NCBI GenBank assembly: GCA_032718475.1
Contig: JAUCBJ010008230.1
Span: 62,001-126,000, forward strand
Direction of reading: 5' to 3'
DNA length: 64,000 nucleotides
From: Nemertoderma westbladi
Lineage: Eukaryota > Animalia > Xenacoelomorpha
Each line of letters begins with the position of its first letter. The first letter of the stretch is position 1. Made by a program: the position numbers and the translations under genes. Below the pieces are notes generated by a model that ran no database searches, was not told the DNA's origin, and saw nothing but the letters and a program-made list of their open reading frames with translations. Below, one piece after another: positions 47,744-61,674 of the stretch.

Positions 47744-50700
47744 GGAGTTAAAGTTATTATGTAATGCAATAATTCACCTCAAATATCTCAGTTTTTTCAT
47801 GAACATAATGAAGTATTAAAGCCATGACAAAATCCTTGGGGTTTTTCAGCAATAATAATAATAATAATATCCTCAGATTTTTTACAAAAAACGACATCGA
47901 TTTTCATATTTATAACTTCTAACCCACTCCACGAGATAGAGAATCTTAAATGAAAGTCATAAGAACAGGTAACACTTACATTTATAGAAGTAATGAGCTG
48001 TTATTTGCTTTGTCTTTCCCCAGGAGATGGATGAATTTTGATTGCGTCGGAACACCCCCTTTCTGAGGCTCTCAGAGTGGAGAGATAAGTAGCCTATCTC
48101 CCTGTTAATATTGTTGTGTTCTAGAATATTTATTATAGTTTCATCGTATTGCCAAAGCGGCTGGAGCCAAAGTTAATATGTAATGCAATAATTAACCTCA
48201 AATATCTCAGCTAGTTCATGAATATAATGAGTATTAAATCCTTGTCAAAATCCTTGGTGTTTTTCAGCAATAATTTATTAAAATCTCCTCTGATTTTTTA
48301 CAAAAAACGACATCGATTTTCATATTCATGACTTCTAACCCACTCCAAGAGATAGACCATCTTAAATGAAAGTCAAAAGAGCAGGTAACACTTACATTTA
48401 TAGAAGGTAATCAGCTATTCTTTGCTTCGTCTTTCCCCTGGAGATGGATGTTTTTTTATTGCGTCGGAACACCCCCTTTTTGAGGCTCTCAGATTGAAGA
48501 GATCAGTTAATACTGTTGTGTTCTAGAAAATTTATTATAGTTTCATCGTTTTGCAAAAGCGGCTGGAGCCGAAGATAATATGTGATACAATAATTCACCT
48601 CAAATTTCTCAGCTATTTCATGAATATAATGAGTATTAAAGCTATGTCAAAATCCTTGGAGTTTTTCAGAAATAATTTATCAAAATATCCTCTGATTTTT
48701 TTCAAAAACCACATCGATTTTCATATTTATAACTTCTAACCCACTCCACGAGATAGAGAATCTTAAACGAAAGTCATAAGAACACGTAACACTTTCATTT
48801 ATAGAAGTAATCAGCTGTTCTTTGCTTCGACTTTCCCCAGGAGATGGATGAATTTTGATTGCGTCGGAACACCCCCTTTTTGAGGTTCTCAGAGTGAAGA
48901 GATAAGTAGCCTATCTCCCTGTTAATATTGTTGTGTTCTAGAATAATTATTATAGTTTCATCGTATTGCCAAAGCGGCTGGAGCCGAAGTTAATATGTAA
49001 TGCAATAATTCACCTCAAATATCTCAGCTAGTTCATGAATATAATGAGTATTAAATCCTTGTCAAAATCCTTGGGGATTTTCAGCAATAATTTATCAAAA
49101 TATCATCTGATTTTTTTTCAAAAACCACATCGATTTTCATATTCATGACTTCTAACCCACTCCAAGAGATAGAGAATCTTAAACGAAAGTCATAAGAACA
49201 GGTAACACTTTCATTTATAGAAGTAATCAGCAGTTATTTGCTTCGTCTTTCCACAGGAGATGGATGAAATTTGATTGCGTCTGAACACCCACTCTTTGAG
49301 GCTCTCAGAGGGAAGAGATAAGTAGCCTATCTCCCTGTTAATATTGTTGTGTTCTAGAATATTTATTATAGTTTCATCGTATTGCAAAAGCGGCTGAAGC
49401 CGAAGATAATATGTGATACAATAATTCACATCAAATTTCTCAGCTATTTCATGAATATAATGAGTATTAAAGCTATGTCAAAATCCTTGGGGTTTTTCAG
49501 AAATAATTTATCAAAATATCCTATGATTTTTTTCAAAAACCACATCGATTTTCATATTTATAACTTCTAACCCACTCCACGAGATAGAGAATCTTAAACG
49601 AAAGTCATAAAAACAGGTAACACTTTCATTTATAGAAGTAATCAGCTGTTCTTTGCTTTGTCTTTCCCCAGGATATGGATGAATTTTGATTGCGTCGGAA
49701 CACCCCCTTTTTGAGGCTCTCAGAGTGGACAGATAAGTAGCCTATTTCCCTGTTAATATTTTTCTGTTGTAGAATATTTATTATAGTTTCATCGTATTGC
49801 TAATGTGGCTGGAGTTAAAGTTATTATATAATGCAATAATTCACCTCAAATATCTCAGTTTTTCATGAACATAATGAAGTATTAAAGCCATGTCAAAATC
49901 CTTGGGGATTTTCAGCAATAATTTATCAAAATATCCTATGATTTTTTTTCAAAAACCACATCGATTTTCATATTTATAACTTCTAACCCAATCCACGAGA
50001 TAGAGAATCTTAAACGAAAGTCATAAGAACAGGTAACACTTTCATTTATAGAAGTAATCAGCTGTTATTTGCTTCGTCTTTCCACAGGAGATGGATGAAA
50101 TTTGATTGCGTCGGAACACCCCCTTTTTGAGGCTCTCAGAGTGGACAGATAAGTAGCCTATTTCCCTGTTAATATTTTTCTGTTGTAGAATATTTATTAT
50201 AGTTTCATCGTATTGCTAATGTGGCTGGAGTTAAAGTTATTATGTAATGCAATAATTCACCTCAAATATCTCAGTTTTTCATGAACATAATGAAGTATTA
50301 AAGCCATGTCAAAATCCTTGGGGTTTTTCAGCAATAATTTATCAAAATATCCTCAGATTTTTTACAAAAAACGACATCGATTTTCATATTTATAACTTCT
50401 AACCCACTCCACGAGATAGAGAATCTTAAACGAAAGTCATAAGAACAGGTAACATTTACATTTATAGAAGTAATCAGCTGTTATTTGTTTCGTCTTTCCC
50501 CAGGAGATGGATGAATTTTGATTGCGTCGGAACACCCCCTTTCTGAGGCTCTCAGAGTGGAGAGATAAGTAGCCTATCTCCCTGTTAATATTGTTGTGTT
50601 CTAGAATATTTATTATAGTTTCATCGTATTGCCAAAGCGGCTGGAGCCAAAGTTAATATGTAATGCAATAATTAACCTCAAATATCTCAGTTTTTCATGA

Positions 50701-53700
50701 ATAATAATGAGTATTAAATCCTTGTCAAAATCCTTGGTGTTTTTCAGCAATAATTTATTAAAATCTCCTCTGATTTTTTACAAAAAACGACATCGATTTT
50801 CATATTCATGACTTCTAACCCACTCTAAGAGATAGACAATCTCAAATGAAAGTCAAAAGAGCAGGTAACACTTACATTTATAGAAGTAATCAGCTATTCT
50901 TTGCTTCGTCTTTCCCCTGGAGATGGATGTTTTTTTATTGCGTCGGAACACCCCCTTTTTGAGGCTGTCAGATTGAAGAGATAAGTTAATATTGTTGTGT
51001 TCTAGAATATTTATTATAGTTTCATCGTATTGCAAAAGCGGCTGGAGCCGAAGATAATATGTGATACAATAATTCACATCATATTTCTCAGCTATTTCAT
51101 GAATATAATGAGTATTAAAGCTATGTCAAAATCCTTGGGGTTTTTCAGAAATAATTTATCAAACTATCCTATGATTTTTTTCAAAAACCACATCGATTTT
51201 CATATTTATAACTTCTAACCCACTCCACGAGATAGAGAATCTTAAACGAAAGTCATAAGAACAGGTAACACTTACATTTATAGAAGTAATGAGCTGTTAT
51301 TTGCTTTGTCTTTCCCCAGGAGATGGATGAATTTTGATTGCGTCGGAACACCCCCTTTCTGAGGCTCTCAGAGTGGAGAGATAAGTAGCCTATCTCCCTG
51401 TTAATATTGTTGTGTTCTAGAATATTTATTATAGTTTCATCGTATTGCCAAAGCGGCTGGAGCCAAAGTTAATATGTAATGCAATAATTAACCTCAAATA
51501 TCTCAGCTAGTTCATGAATATAATGAGTATTAAATCCTTGTCAAAATCCTTGGTGTTTTTCAGCAATAATTTATTAAAATCTCCTCTGATTTTTTACAAA
51601 AAACGACATCGATTTTCATATTCATGACTTCTAACCCACTCCACGAGATAGAGAATCTTAAACGAAAGTCATAAGAACACGTAACACTTTCATTTATAGA
51701 AGTAATCAGCTGTTCTTTGCTTCGTCTTTCCCCAGGAGATGGATGAATTTTGATTGCGTCGGAACACCCCCTTTTTGAGGTTCTCAGAGTGAAGAGATAA
51801 GTAGCCTATCTCCCTGTTAATATTGTTGTGTTCTAGAATAATTATTATAGTTTCATCGTATTGCCAAAGCGGCTGGAGCCGAAGTTAATATGTAATGCAA
51901 TAATTCACCTCAAATATCTCAGCTAGTTCATGAATATAATGAGTATTAAATCCTTGTCAAAATCCTTGGTGTTTTTCAGCAATAATTTATTAAAATCTCC
52001 TCTGATTTTTTACAAAAAACGACATCGATTTTCATATTCATGACTTCTAACCCACTCCAAGAGATAGGCAATCTTAAATGAAAGTCAAAAGAGCAGGTAA
52101 CCCTTACATTTATAGAAGTAATCAGCTGTTATTTGCTTCGTCTTTCCACAGGAGATGGATGAAATTTGATTGCGTCGGAACACCCACTCTTTGAGGCTCT
52201 CAGAGGGAAGAGATAAGTAGCCTATCTCCCTGTTAATATTGTTGTGTTCTAGAATAATTATTATAGTTTCATCGTATTGCCAAAGCGGCTGGAGCCGAAG
52301 TTAATATGTAATGCAATAATTCACCTCAAATATCTCAGCTAGTTCATGAATATAATGAGTATTAAAGCCATGTCAAAATCCTTGGGGATTTTCAGCAATA
52401 ATTTATCAAAATATCATCTGATTTTTTTTCAAAAACCACATCGATTTTCATATTTATAACTTCTAACCCAATCCACGAGATAGAGAATCTTAAACGAAAG
52501 TCATAAGAACAGGTAACACTTTCATTTATAGAAGTAATCAGCAGTTATTTGCTTCGTCTTTCCACAGGAGATGGATGAAATTTGATTGCGTCGGAACACC
52601 CACTCTTTGAGGCTCTCAGAGGGAAGAGATAAGTAGCCTATCTCCCTGTTAATATTGTTGTGTTCTAGAATATTTATTATAGTTTCATCGTATTGCAAAA
52701 GCGGCTGAAGCCGAAGATAATATGTGATACAATAATTCACATCAAATTTCTCAGCTATTTCATGAATATAATGAGTATTAAAGCTATGTCAAAATCCTTG
52801 GGGTTTTTCAGAAATAATTTATCAAAATATCCTATGATTTTTTTCAAAAACCACATCGATTTTCATATTTATAACTTCTAACCCACTCCACGAGATAGAG
52901 AATCTTAAACGAAAGTCATAAAAACAGGTAACACTTTCATTTATAGAAGTAATCAGCTGTTCTTTGCTTTGTCTTTCCCCAGGATATGGATGAATTTTGA
53001 TTGCGTCGGAACACCCCCTTTTTGAGGCTCTCAGAGTGGACAGATAAGTAGCCTATTTCCCTGTTAATATTTTTCTGTTGTAGAATATTTATTATAGTTT
53101 CATCGTATTGCTAATGTGGCTGGAGTTAAAGTTATTATGTAATGCAATAATTCACCTCAAATATCTCAGTTTCTCATGAACATAATGAAGTATTAAAGCC
53201 ATGTCAAAATCCTTGGGGATTTTCAGCAATAATTTATCAAAATATCCTATGATTTTTTTTCAAAAACCACATCGATTTTCATATTTATAACTTCTAACCC
53301 AATCCACGAGATAGAGAATCTTAAACGAAAGTCATAAGAACAGGTAACACTTTCCTTTATAGAAGTAATCAGCTGTTATTTGCTTCGTCTTTCCACAGGA
53401 GATGGATGAAATTTGATTGCGTCGGAACACCCACTCTTTGAGGCTCTCAGAGGGAAGAGATAAGTAGCCTATCTCCCTGTTAATATTGTTGTGTTCTAGA
53501 ATATTTATTATAGTTTCATCGTATTGCAAAAGCGGCTGAAGCCGAAGATAATATGTGATACAATAATTCACATCAAATTTCTCAGCTATTTCATGAATAT
53601 AATGAGTATTAAAGCTATGTCAAAATCCTTGGGGTTTTTCAGAAATAATTTATCAAAATATCCTATGATTTTTTTCAAAAACCACATCGATTTTCATATT

Positions 53701-56700
53701 TATAACTTCTAACCCACTCCACGAGATAGAGAATCTTAAACGAAAGTCATAAAAACAGGTAACACTTTCATTTATAGAAGTAATCAGCTGTTCTTTGCTT
53801 TGTCTTTCCCCAGGATATGGATGAATTTTGATTGCGTCGGAACACCCCCTTTTTGAGGCTCTCAGAGTGGACAGATAAGTAGCCTATTTCCCTGTTAATA
53901 TTTTTCTGTTGTAGAATATTTATTATAGTTTCATCGTATTGCTAATGTGGCTGGAGTTAAAGTTATTATGTAATGCAATAATTCACCTCAAATATCTCAG
54001 TTTTTCATGAACATAATGAAGTATTAAAGCCATGTCAAAATCCTTGGGGTTTTTCAGCAATAATTTATCAAAATATCCTCAGATTTTTTACAAAAAACGA
54101 CATCGATTTTCATATTTATAACTTCTAACCCACTCCACGAGATCGAGAATCTTAAACGAAAGTCATAAGAACAGGTAACACTTACATTTATAGAAGTAAT
54201 CAGCTGTTATTTGTTTCGTCTTTCCCCAGGAGATGGATGAATTTTGATTGCGTCGGAACACCCCCTTTCTGAGGCTCTCAGAGTGGAGAGATAAGTAGCC
54301 TTTCTCCCTGTTAATATTGTTGTGTTCTAGAATATTTATTATAGTTTCATCGTATTGCAAAAGCGGCTGGAGCCAAAGTTAATATGTAATGCAATAATTA
54401 ACCTCAAATATCTCAGTTTTTCATGAATAATAATGAGTATTAAATCCTTGTCAAAATCCTTGGTGTTTTTCAGCAATAATTTATTAAAATCTCCTCTGAT
54501 TTTTTACAAAAAACGACATCGATTTTCATATTCATGACTTCTAACCCACTCCAAGAGATAGACAATCTTAAATGAAAGTCAAAAGAGCAGGTAACACTTA
54601 CATTTATAGAAGTAATCAGCTATTCTTTGCTTCGTCTTTCCCCTGGAGATGGATGTTTTTTTATTGCGTCGGAACACCCCCTTTTTGAGGCTGTCAGATT
54701 GAAGAGATAAGTTAATATTGTTGTGTTCTAGAATATTTATTATAGTTTCATCGTATTGCAAAAGCGGCTGGAGCCGAAGATAATATGTGATACAATAATT
54801 CACATCAAATTTCTCAGCTATTTCATGAATATAATGAGTATTAAAGCTATGTCAAAATCCTTGGGGTTTTTCAGAAATAATTTATCAAACTATCCTATGA
54901 TTTTTTTCAAAAACCACATCGATTTTCATATTTATAACTTCTAACCCACTCCACGAGATAGAGAATCTTAAACGAAAGTCATAAGAACAGGTAACACTTT
55001 CATTTATAGAAGTAATCAGCTGTTCTTTGCTTTGTCTTTCCCCAGGATATGGATGAATTTTGATTGCGTCGGAACACCCCCTTTTTGAGGTTCTCAGAGT
55101 GAAGAGATAAGTAGCCTATCTCCCTGTTAATATTGTTGTGTTCTAGAATAATTATTATAGTTTCATCGTATTGCCAAAGCGGCTGGAACCGAAGTTAATA
55201 TGTAATGCAATAATTCACCTCAAATATCTCAGCTAGTTCATGAATATAATGACTATTAAATCCTTGTCAAAATCCTTGGTGTTTTTCAGCAATAATTTAT
55301 TAAAATATCCTCTGATTTTTTACAAAAAACGACATCGATTTTCATATTCATGACTTCTAACCCATTCCAAGAGATAGACAATCTTAAATGAAAGTCAAAA
55401 GAGCAGGTAACCCTTACATTTATAGAAGTAATCAGCTGTCCTTGCTTCGTCTTTCCCCTGGAGATGGATGAATTTTGATTGCGTCGGAACACCCCCTTTT
55501 TGAGGCTCTCAGAGTGAAGAGATAAGTAGCCTATCTCCCTGTTAATATTGTTGTGTTCTAGAATAATTATTATAGTTTTATCGTATTGCCAAAGCGGCTG
55601 GAGCCGAAGTTAATATGTGATAACATAATTCACCTCAAATTTCTCAGCTAATTCATGAATATAATGAGTATTAAAGCCATGTCAAAATCCTTGGTGTTTT
55701 TCAGCAATAATTTATCAAAATATCCTCTGATTTTTTTCAAAAACCACGTCGATTTTCATATTTATAACTTCTAACCCAATCCACGAGATAGAGAATCTTA
55801 AATGAAAGTCAAAAGAGCAGGTAACCCTTACATTTATAAAAGTAATCAGCTGTTCTTTGCTTCGTCTTTCCCCTGGAGATGGATGAATTTTGATTGCGTC
55901 GGAACACCCCCTTTTTGAGGCTCTCAGAGTGAAGAGATAAGTAGCCCATCTCCCTGTTAATATTGTTGTGTTCTAGAATAATTATTATAGTTTCATCGTA
56001 TTGCCAAAGCGGCTGGAACCGAAGTTAATATGTAATGCAATAATTCACCTCAAATATCTCAGCTAGTTCATGAATATAATGAGTATTAAATCCTTGTCAA
56101 AATCCTTGGTGTTTTTCAGCAATAATTTATCAAAATATCCTCTGATTCTTTTCAAAAACCACGTCGATTTTCATATTTATAACTTCTATCCCACTCCACG
56201 AGATAGAGAATCTTAAATGAAAGTCAAAAGAGCAGGTAACACTTACATTTATAGAAGTAATCAGCTATTATTTGCTTCGTCTTTCCCCTGGAGATGGATG
56301 AATTTTGATTGCATCGGAACACCCCCTTTTTGAGGCTCTCAGAGTGAAGAGATAAGTAGCCTATCTCCCTGTTAATATTGTTGTGTTCTAGAATATTTAT
56401 TATAGATTTATCGTATTGCCAAAGCGGCTAGAGCCGAAGTTAATATGTGATACAATAATTCACCTCAAATTTCTCAGCTAATTCGTGAATATAATGAGTA
56501 TTAAAGCCATGTTAAAATCCTTGGGGTTTTTCAGCAATAATTTATCAAAATATCCTCAAATTTTTTTCAAAAACCACATCGATTTTCATATTTATAACTT
56601 CTAACCCAATCCACGAGATAGAGAATCTTAAACGAAAGTCATAAGAACAGGTAACACTTTGATTTATAGAAGTAATCAGCTGTTATTTGCTTCGTCTTTC

Positions 56701-59700
56701 CACAGGAGATGGATGAAATTTGATTGCGTCGGAACACCCCCTTTTTGAGGCTCTCAGAGTGAAGAGATAAGTAGCCCATCTCCCTGTTAATATTGTTGTG
56801 TTCTAGAATAATTATTATAGTTTCATCGTATTGCCAAAGCGGCTGGAGCCGAAGTTAATATGTGATACAATAATTCACCTCAAATTTCTCAGCTAATTCA
56901 TGAATATAATGAGTATTAAAGCCATGTCAAAATCCTTGGAGTTTTTCAGCAATAATTTATCAAAATATCCTCTGATTTTTTTTCAAAAACCACATCGATT
57001 TTCATATTTATAACTTCTAACCCACTCCACGAGATAGAGAATCTTAAACGAAAGTCATAAGAGAAGGTAACACTTTTATTTATAGAAGTAATCAGCTGTT
57101 CTTTGCTTCGTCTTTCCCCAGGAGATGGATGAATTTTGATTGCGTCGGAACACCCCCTTTTTGAGGCTCTCAGAGTGGATAGATAAGTAGCCTATTTCCC
57201 TGTTAATATTTTTCTGTTGTAGAATATATTTATTATAGTTTCATCGTATTGCTAAAGTGGCTGGAGTTAAAGTTATTATGTAATGCAATAATTCACCTCA
57301 AATATCTCAGCTAGTTCATGAATATAATGAGTATTAAATCCTTGTCAAAATCCTTGGTGTTTTTCAGCAATAATTTATTAAAATCTCCTCTGATTTTTTA
57401 CAAAAAACGACATCGATTTTCATATTCATGACTTTTAACCCACTCCAAGAGATAGACAATCTTAAATGAAAGTCAAAAGAGCAGGTAACCCTTACATTTA
57501 TAGAAGTAATCAGCTGTTCTTTGCTTCGTCTTTCCCCTGGAGATAGATGAATTTTGATTGCGTCGGAACACCCCCTTTTTGAGGCTCTCAGAGTGGACAG
57601 ATAATTAGCCTATTTCCCTGTTAATATTTTTCTGTTGTAGAATATATTTATTATAGTTTCATCGTATTGCTAATGTGGCTGGAGCCAAAGTTAATATGTG
57701 ATACAATAATTCACCTCAAATTTCTCAGCTAATTCATGAATATAATGAGTATTAAAGCCATGCCATGTCAAAATCCTTGGGGTTTTTCAGCAATAATTTA
57801 TCAAAATATCCTCTGGTTTTTTTCAAAAACCACATCGATTTTCATATTTATAACTTCTAACCCAATCCACGAGATAGAGAATCTTAAACGAAAGTCATTA
57901 GAACAGGTAACACTTTCATTTATAGAAGTAATCAGCTGTTCTTTGCTTCGTCTTTCCCCAGGAGATGGATGAATTTTGATTGCGTCGGAACACCCCCTTT
58001 TTGAGGCTCTCAGAGTGGACAGATAAGTAGCCTATTTCCCTGTTAATATTTTTCTGTTGTAGAATATTTATTATAGTTTCATCGTATTGCTAATGTGGCT
58101 GGAGTTAAAGTTATTATGTAATGCAATAATTCACCTCAAATATCTCAGCTAGTTCATGAATATAATGAGTATTAAATCCTTGTCAAAATCCTTGGTGTTT
58201 TTCAGCAATAATTTATTAAAATCTCCTCTGATTTTTTACAAAAAACGACATCGATTTTCATATTCATGACTTCTAACCCACTCCACGAGATAGAGAATCT
58301 TAAACGAAAGTCATAAGAACAGGTAACACTTACATTTATAGAAGTAATCAGCTGTTCTTTGCTTCGTCTTTCCCCTGGAGATGGATGAAATTTGATTGCG
58401 TCGGAACACCCTCTTTTTGGGGCTCTCAGAGTGAAGAGATAAGTAGCCTATCTCCCTGTTAATATTGTTGTGTTCTAGAATATTTATTATAGTTTCATCG
58501 TATTGCCAAAGCGGCTGGAGCCGAAGTTAATATGTGATACAATAATTCACCTCAAATTTCTCAGCTAATTCATGAATATAATGAGTATTAAAGCCATGTC
58601 ATAATCCTTGGGGTTTTTCAGCAATAATTTATCAAAATATCCTCTGATTTTTTTTCAAAAATCACATCGATTTTCACATTTATAACTTCTAACCCACTCC
58701 ACGAGATAGAGAATCTTAAACAAAAGTCATAAGAATAGGTAACACTTACATTTATAGAAGTAATCAGCTGTTCTTTGCTTCGTCTTTCCCCAGGAGATGG
58801 ATGAATTTTGATTGCGTCGGAACACCCCCTTTTTGAGGCTCTCAGAGTGGACAGATAAGTAGCCTATTTCCCTGTTAATATTTTTCTGTTGTAGAATATT
58901 TATTATAGTTTCATCGTATTGCTAATGTGGCTGGAGTTAAAGTTATTATGTAATGCAATAATTCACCTCAAATATCTCTGTTTTTTCATCACCATAATGA
59001 AGTATTAAAGCCATGTCAAAATCCTTGGGGTTTTTTAGCAATAATTTATCAAAATATCCTCAGATTTTTTACAAAAAACGACATCGATTTTCATATTTAT
59101 AACTTCTAACCCACTCCACGAGATAGAGAATCTTAAACGAAAGTCATAAGAACAGGTAACACTTACATTTATAGAAGTAATCAGCTGTTATTTGCTTTGT
59201 CTTTCCCCAGGAGATGGATGAATTTTGATTGCGTCGGAACACCCCCTTTCTGAGGCTCTCAGAGTGGAGAGATAAGTAGCCTATCTCCCTATTAATATTG
59301 TTGTGTTCTAGAATATTTATTATAGTTTCATCGTATTGCCAAAGCGGCTGGAGCCAAAGTTAATATGTGATACAATAATTCACCTCAAATTTCTCAGCTA
59401 ATTCATGAATATAATGAGTATTAAAGCCATGTCAAAATCCTTGGGGTTTTTCAGCAATAATTTATCAAAATATCCTCTGATTTTTTTCAAAAACCACATC
59501 GATTTTCATATTTATAACTTCTAACCCAATCCACGAGATAGAGAATCTTAAACGAAAGTCATAAGAACAGGTAACACTTTCATTTATAGAAGTAATCAGC
59601 TGTTCTTTGCTTCGTCTTTCCCCAGGAGATGGATGAATTTTGATTGCGTCGGAACACCCCCTTTTTGAGGCTCTCAGAGTGGACAGATAAGTAGCCTATT

Positions 59701-60337
59701 TCCCTGTTAATATTTTTCTGTTGTAGAATATTTATTATAGTTTCATCGTATTGCTAATGTGGCTGGAGTTAAAGTTATTATGTAATGCAATAATTCACCT
59801 CAAATATCTCAGCTAGTTCATGAATATAATGAGTATTAAATCCTTGTCAAAATCCTTGGTGTTTTTCAGCAATAATTTATCAAAATATCCTCTGATTTTT
59901 TTCAAAAACCACATCGATTTTCATATTTATAACTTCTAACCCAATCCACGAGATAGAGAATCTTAAACGAAAGTCATAAGAACAGGTAACACTTTCATTT
60001 ATAGAAGTAATCAGCTGTTCTTTGCTTCGTCTTTCCCCAGGAGATGGATGAATTTTGATTGCGTCGGAACACCCCCTTTTTGAGGCTCTCAGAGTGGACA
60101 GATAAGTAGCCTATCTCCCTGTTAATATTGTTGTGTTCTAGAATATTTCTTATAGTTTCATCGTATTGCCAAAGCGGCTGGAGCCAAAGTTAATATGTAA
60201 TGCAATAATTCACCTCAAATATCTCAGCTATTTCATGAATATAATGAGTATTAAATCCTTGTCAAAATCCTTGGTGTTTTTCAGCAATAATTTATTAAAA
60301 TCTCCTCCGATTTTTTACAAAAAACGACATCGATTTT
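47744..60337. repeat. ~415-bp satellite array (~30 monomers) with a distinct variant set
   Basis: Continuous tandem monomers; variant blocks recur at 831, 3311 and 3726 bp (ORF-track starts 49382/52693/53524 and 51030/54756). Confidence 0.97.
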
Positions 60338-60466
60338 TATATAATTATATCCTCATAAAAGCCGTGGATTTTCAAAATTTAATTTTGTTCGAATTAACTT
60401 GTTATAAAGATTACATTAAGTCCTCATTTGTAATTACTATAGCTATTTGTATAACATTGTTCAACT

Positions 60467-60550
60467 GGTTCAGTAGCTCAGTCGGTTAAGCGTTAGAAAA
60501 TTGTGTAGTAGGTATTGAGTTCGAATCCTAGCAAGTGCGAATTATTTTTT
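60467..60550 (+). ncRNA. tRNA-derived Pol III unit in the B2 LTR
   Basis: A box TAGCTCAGTCGG and B box GAGTTCGAATCC identical to B1; T6 run at 60545-60550. Confidence 0.62.
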
Positions 60551-61674
60551 GTGCTAAATTTCAACTCATTCAAATTTACCGCTACGATTTAATTGCATCT
60601 GCTTAAGGTAGATTAACCAATGAGATTGCAGTTATTTGATAGTAACCAATGTCGTGCAAGATACGTGTTTGCTGGACCAATGATTATCTTTAAAAACCCC
60701 ATAGAACGCATAGAACAATCGAGATTTATCTCGATTATTGCAGCACAAAATTTGCTATGAAAGGTGCGTTTTGTTTATTAGTTATCACTTCACTTTTCTA
60801 ATCTTACTTCTGATATTCACTTCTTTATTATACTTTAGTAGTTCTTTAGTGTATATTATCTTTATTAGTTATCGTTAAATTTTGTAATAAAGTTAGAAGT
60901 ATTCGCTATATCTGCCCTTTTTTACTATGTTTTCACAAATTTGTATTTGATTAGCTAAGTGCTAATTTTTTTGAATAAAATATTTTGATTTGAACCGCGT
61001 GTAAAATATTTGGAATTGAATACCGGTGTTTAAAAAGGGTTTAAATAACATATTGTACCGGTACAAAATTTTCGTAAAAGTACAACCAAACTCTTTTGTT
61101 TTTCAGGATTCAGAGCTCATTTCTAGACTGTAACGGGAGCAAGACCGTGTTTCGCAAGTTTGGGAGATAGATAACTCACAATTTTGGTTGGGAAAATCGC
61201 ACTTCGTCCGCAATGCTGGAAACGGAAAGGTTCATGTCCAGTTTGTATCTGGGAATCTGTTTTTCTGGAGAATTATTGGAGTGGGTAAGTTCGAAAAGTT
61301 GCATAAATCAGTTAGGCATTACCGTATTAGTTAAAATTATTGTGGGTTCCACTGTCTCAAGTATTTATGCATTCCGTACGATTTCTTTTTTATTGCTGAA
61401 TTAGTCCGTATTATTTGTGTTTAATTTATATATTTGATAACGTATATCGTTATCCGATTTATTTGTTATAAAATTGGCCGTTAGGCTAATTTTATTATAT
61501 ACTTACCGTGACATTTATTTGCTGTGAAATTGGCCGCTAGGCTAATTTTATCCATTTGATATAAAATCGGCCGGTAGGCTAATTTTATATGACTGTAATT
61601 AGTACCGTTTAGATATAAATACGGTAAATTTGATACTTTGACACTCACATTTTACTTGACTTACAATTACCGAA

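Noticed and set aside
3783-60489. Recurrent 60-79 aa ORFs (MPKRLEPKL…, MNYCITYY…)
   Set aside because: Chance frames within the satellite monomer, many with non-ATG starts, opened and closed by monomer variants.
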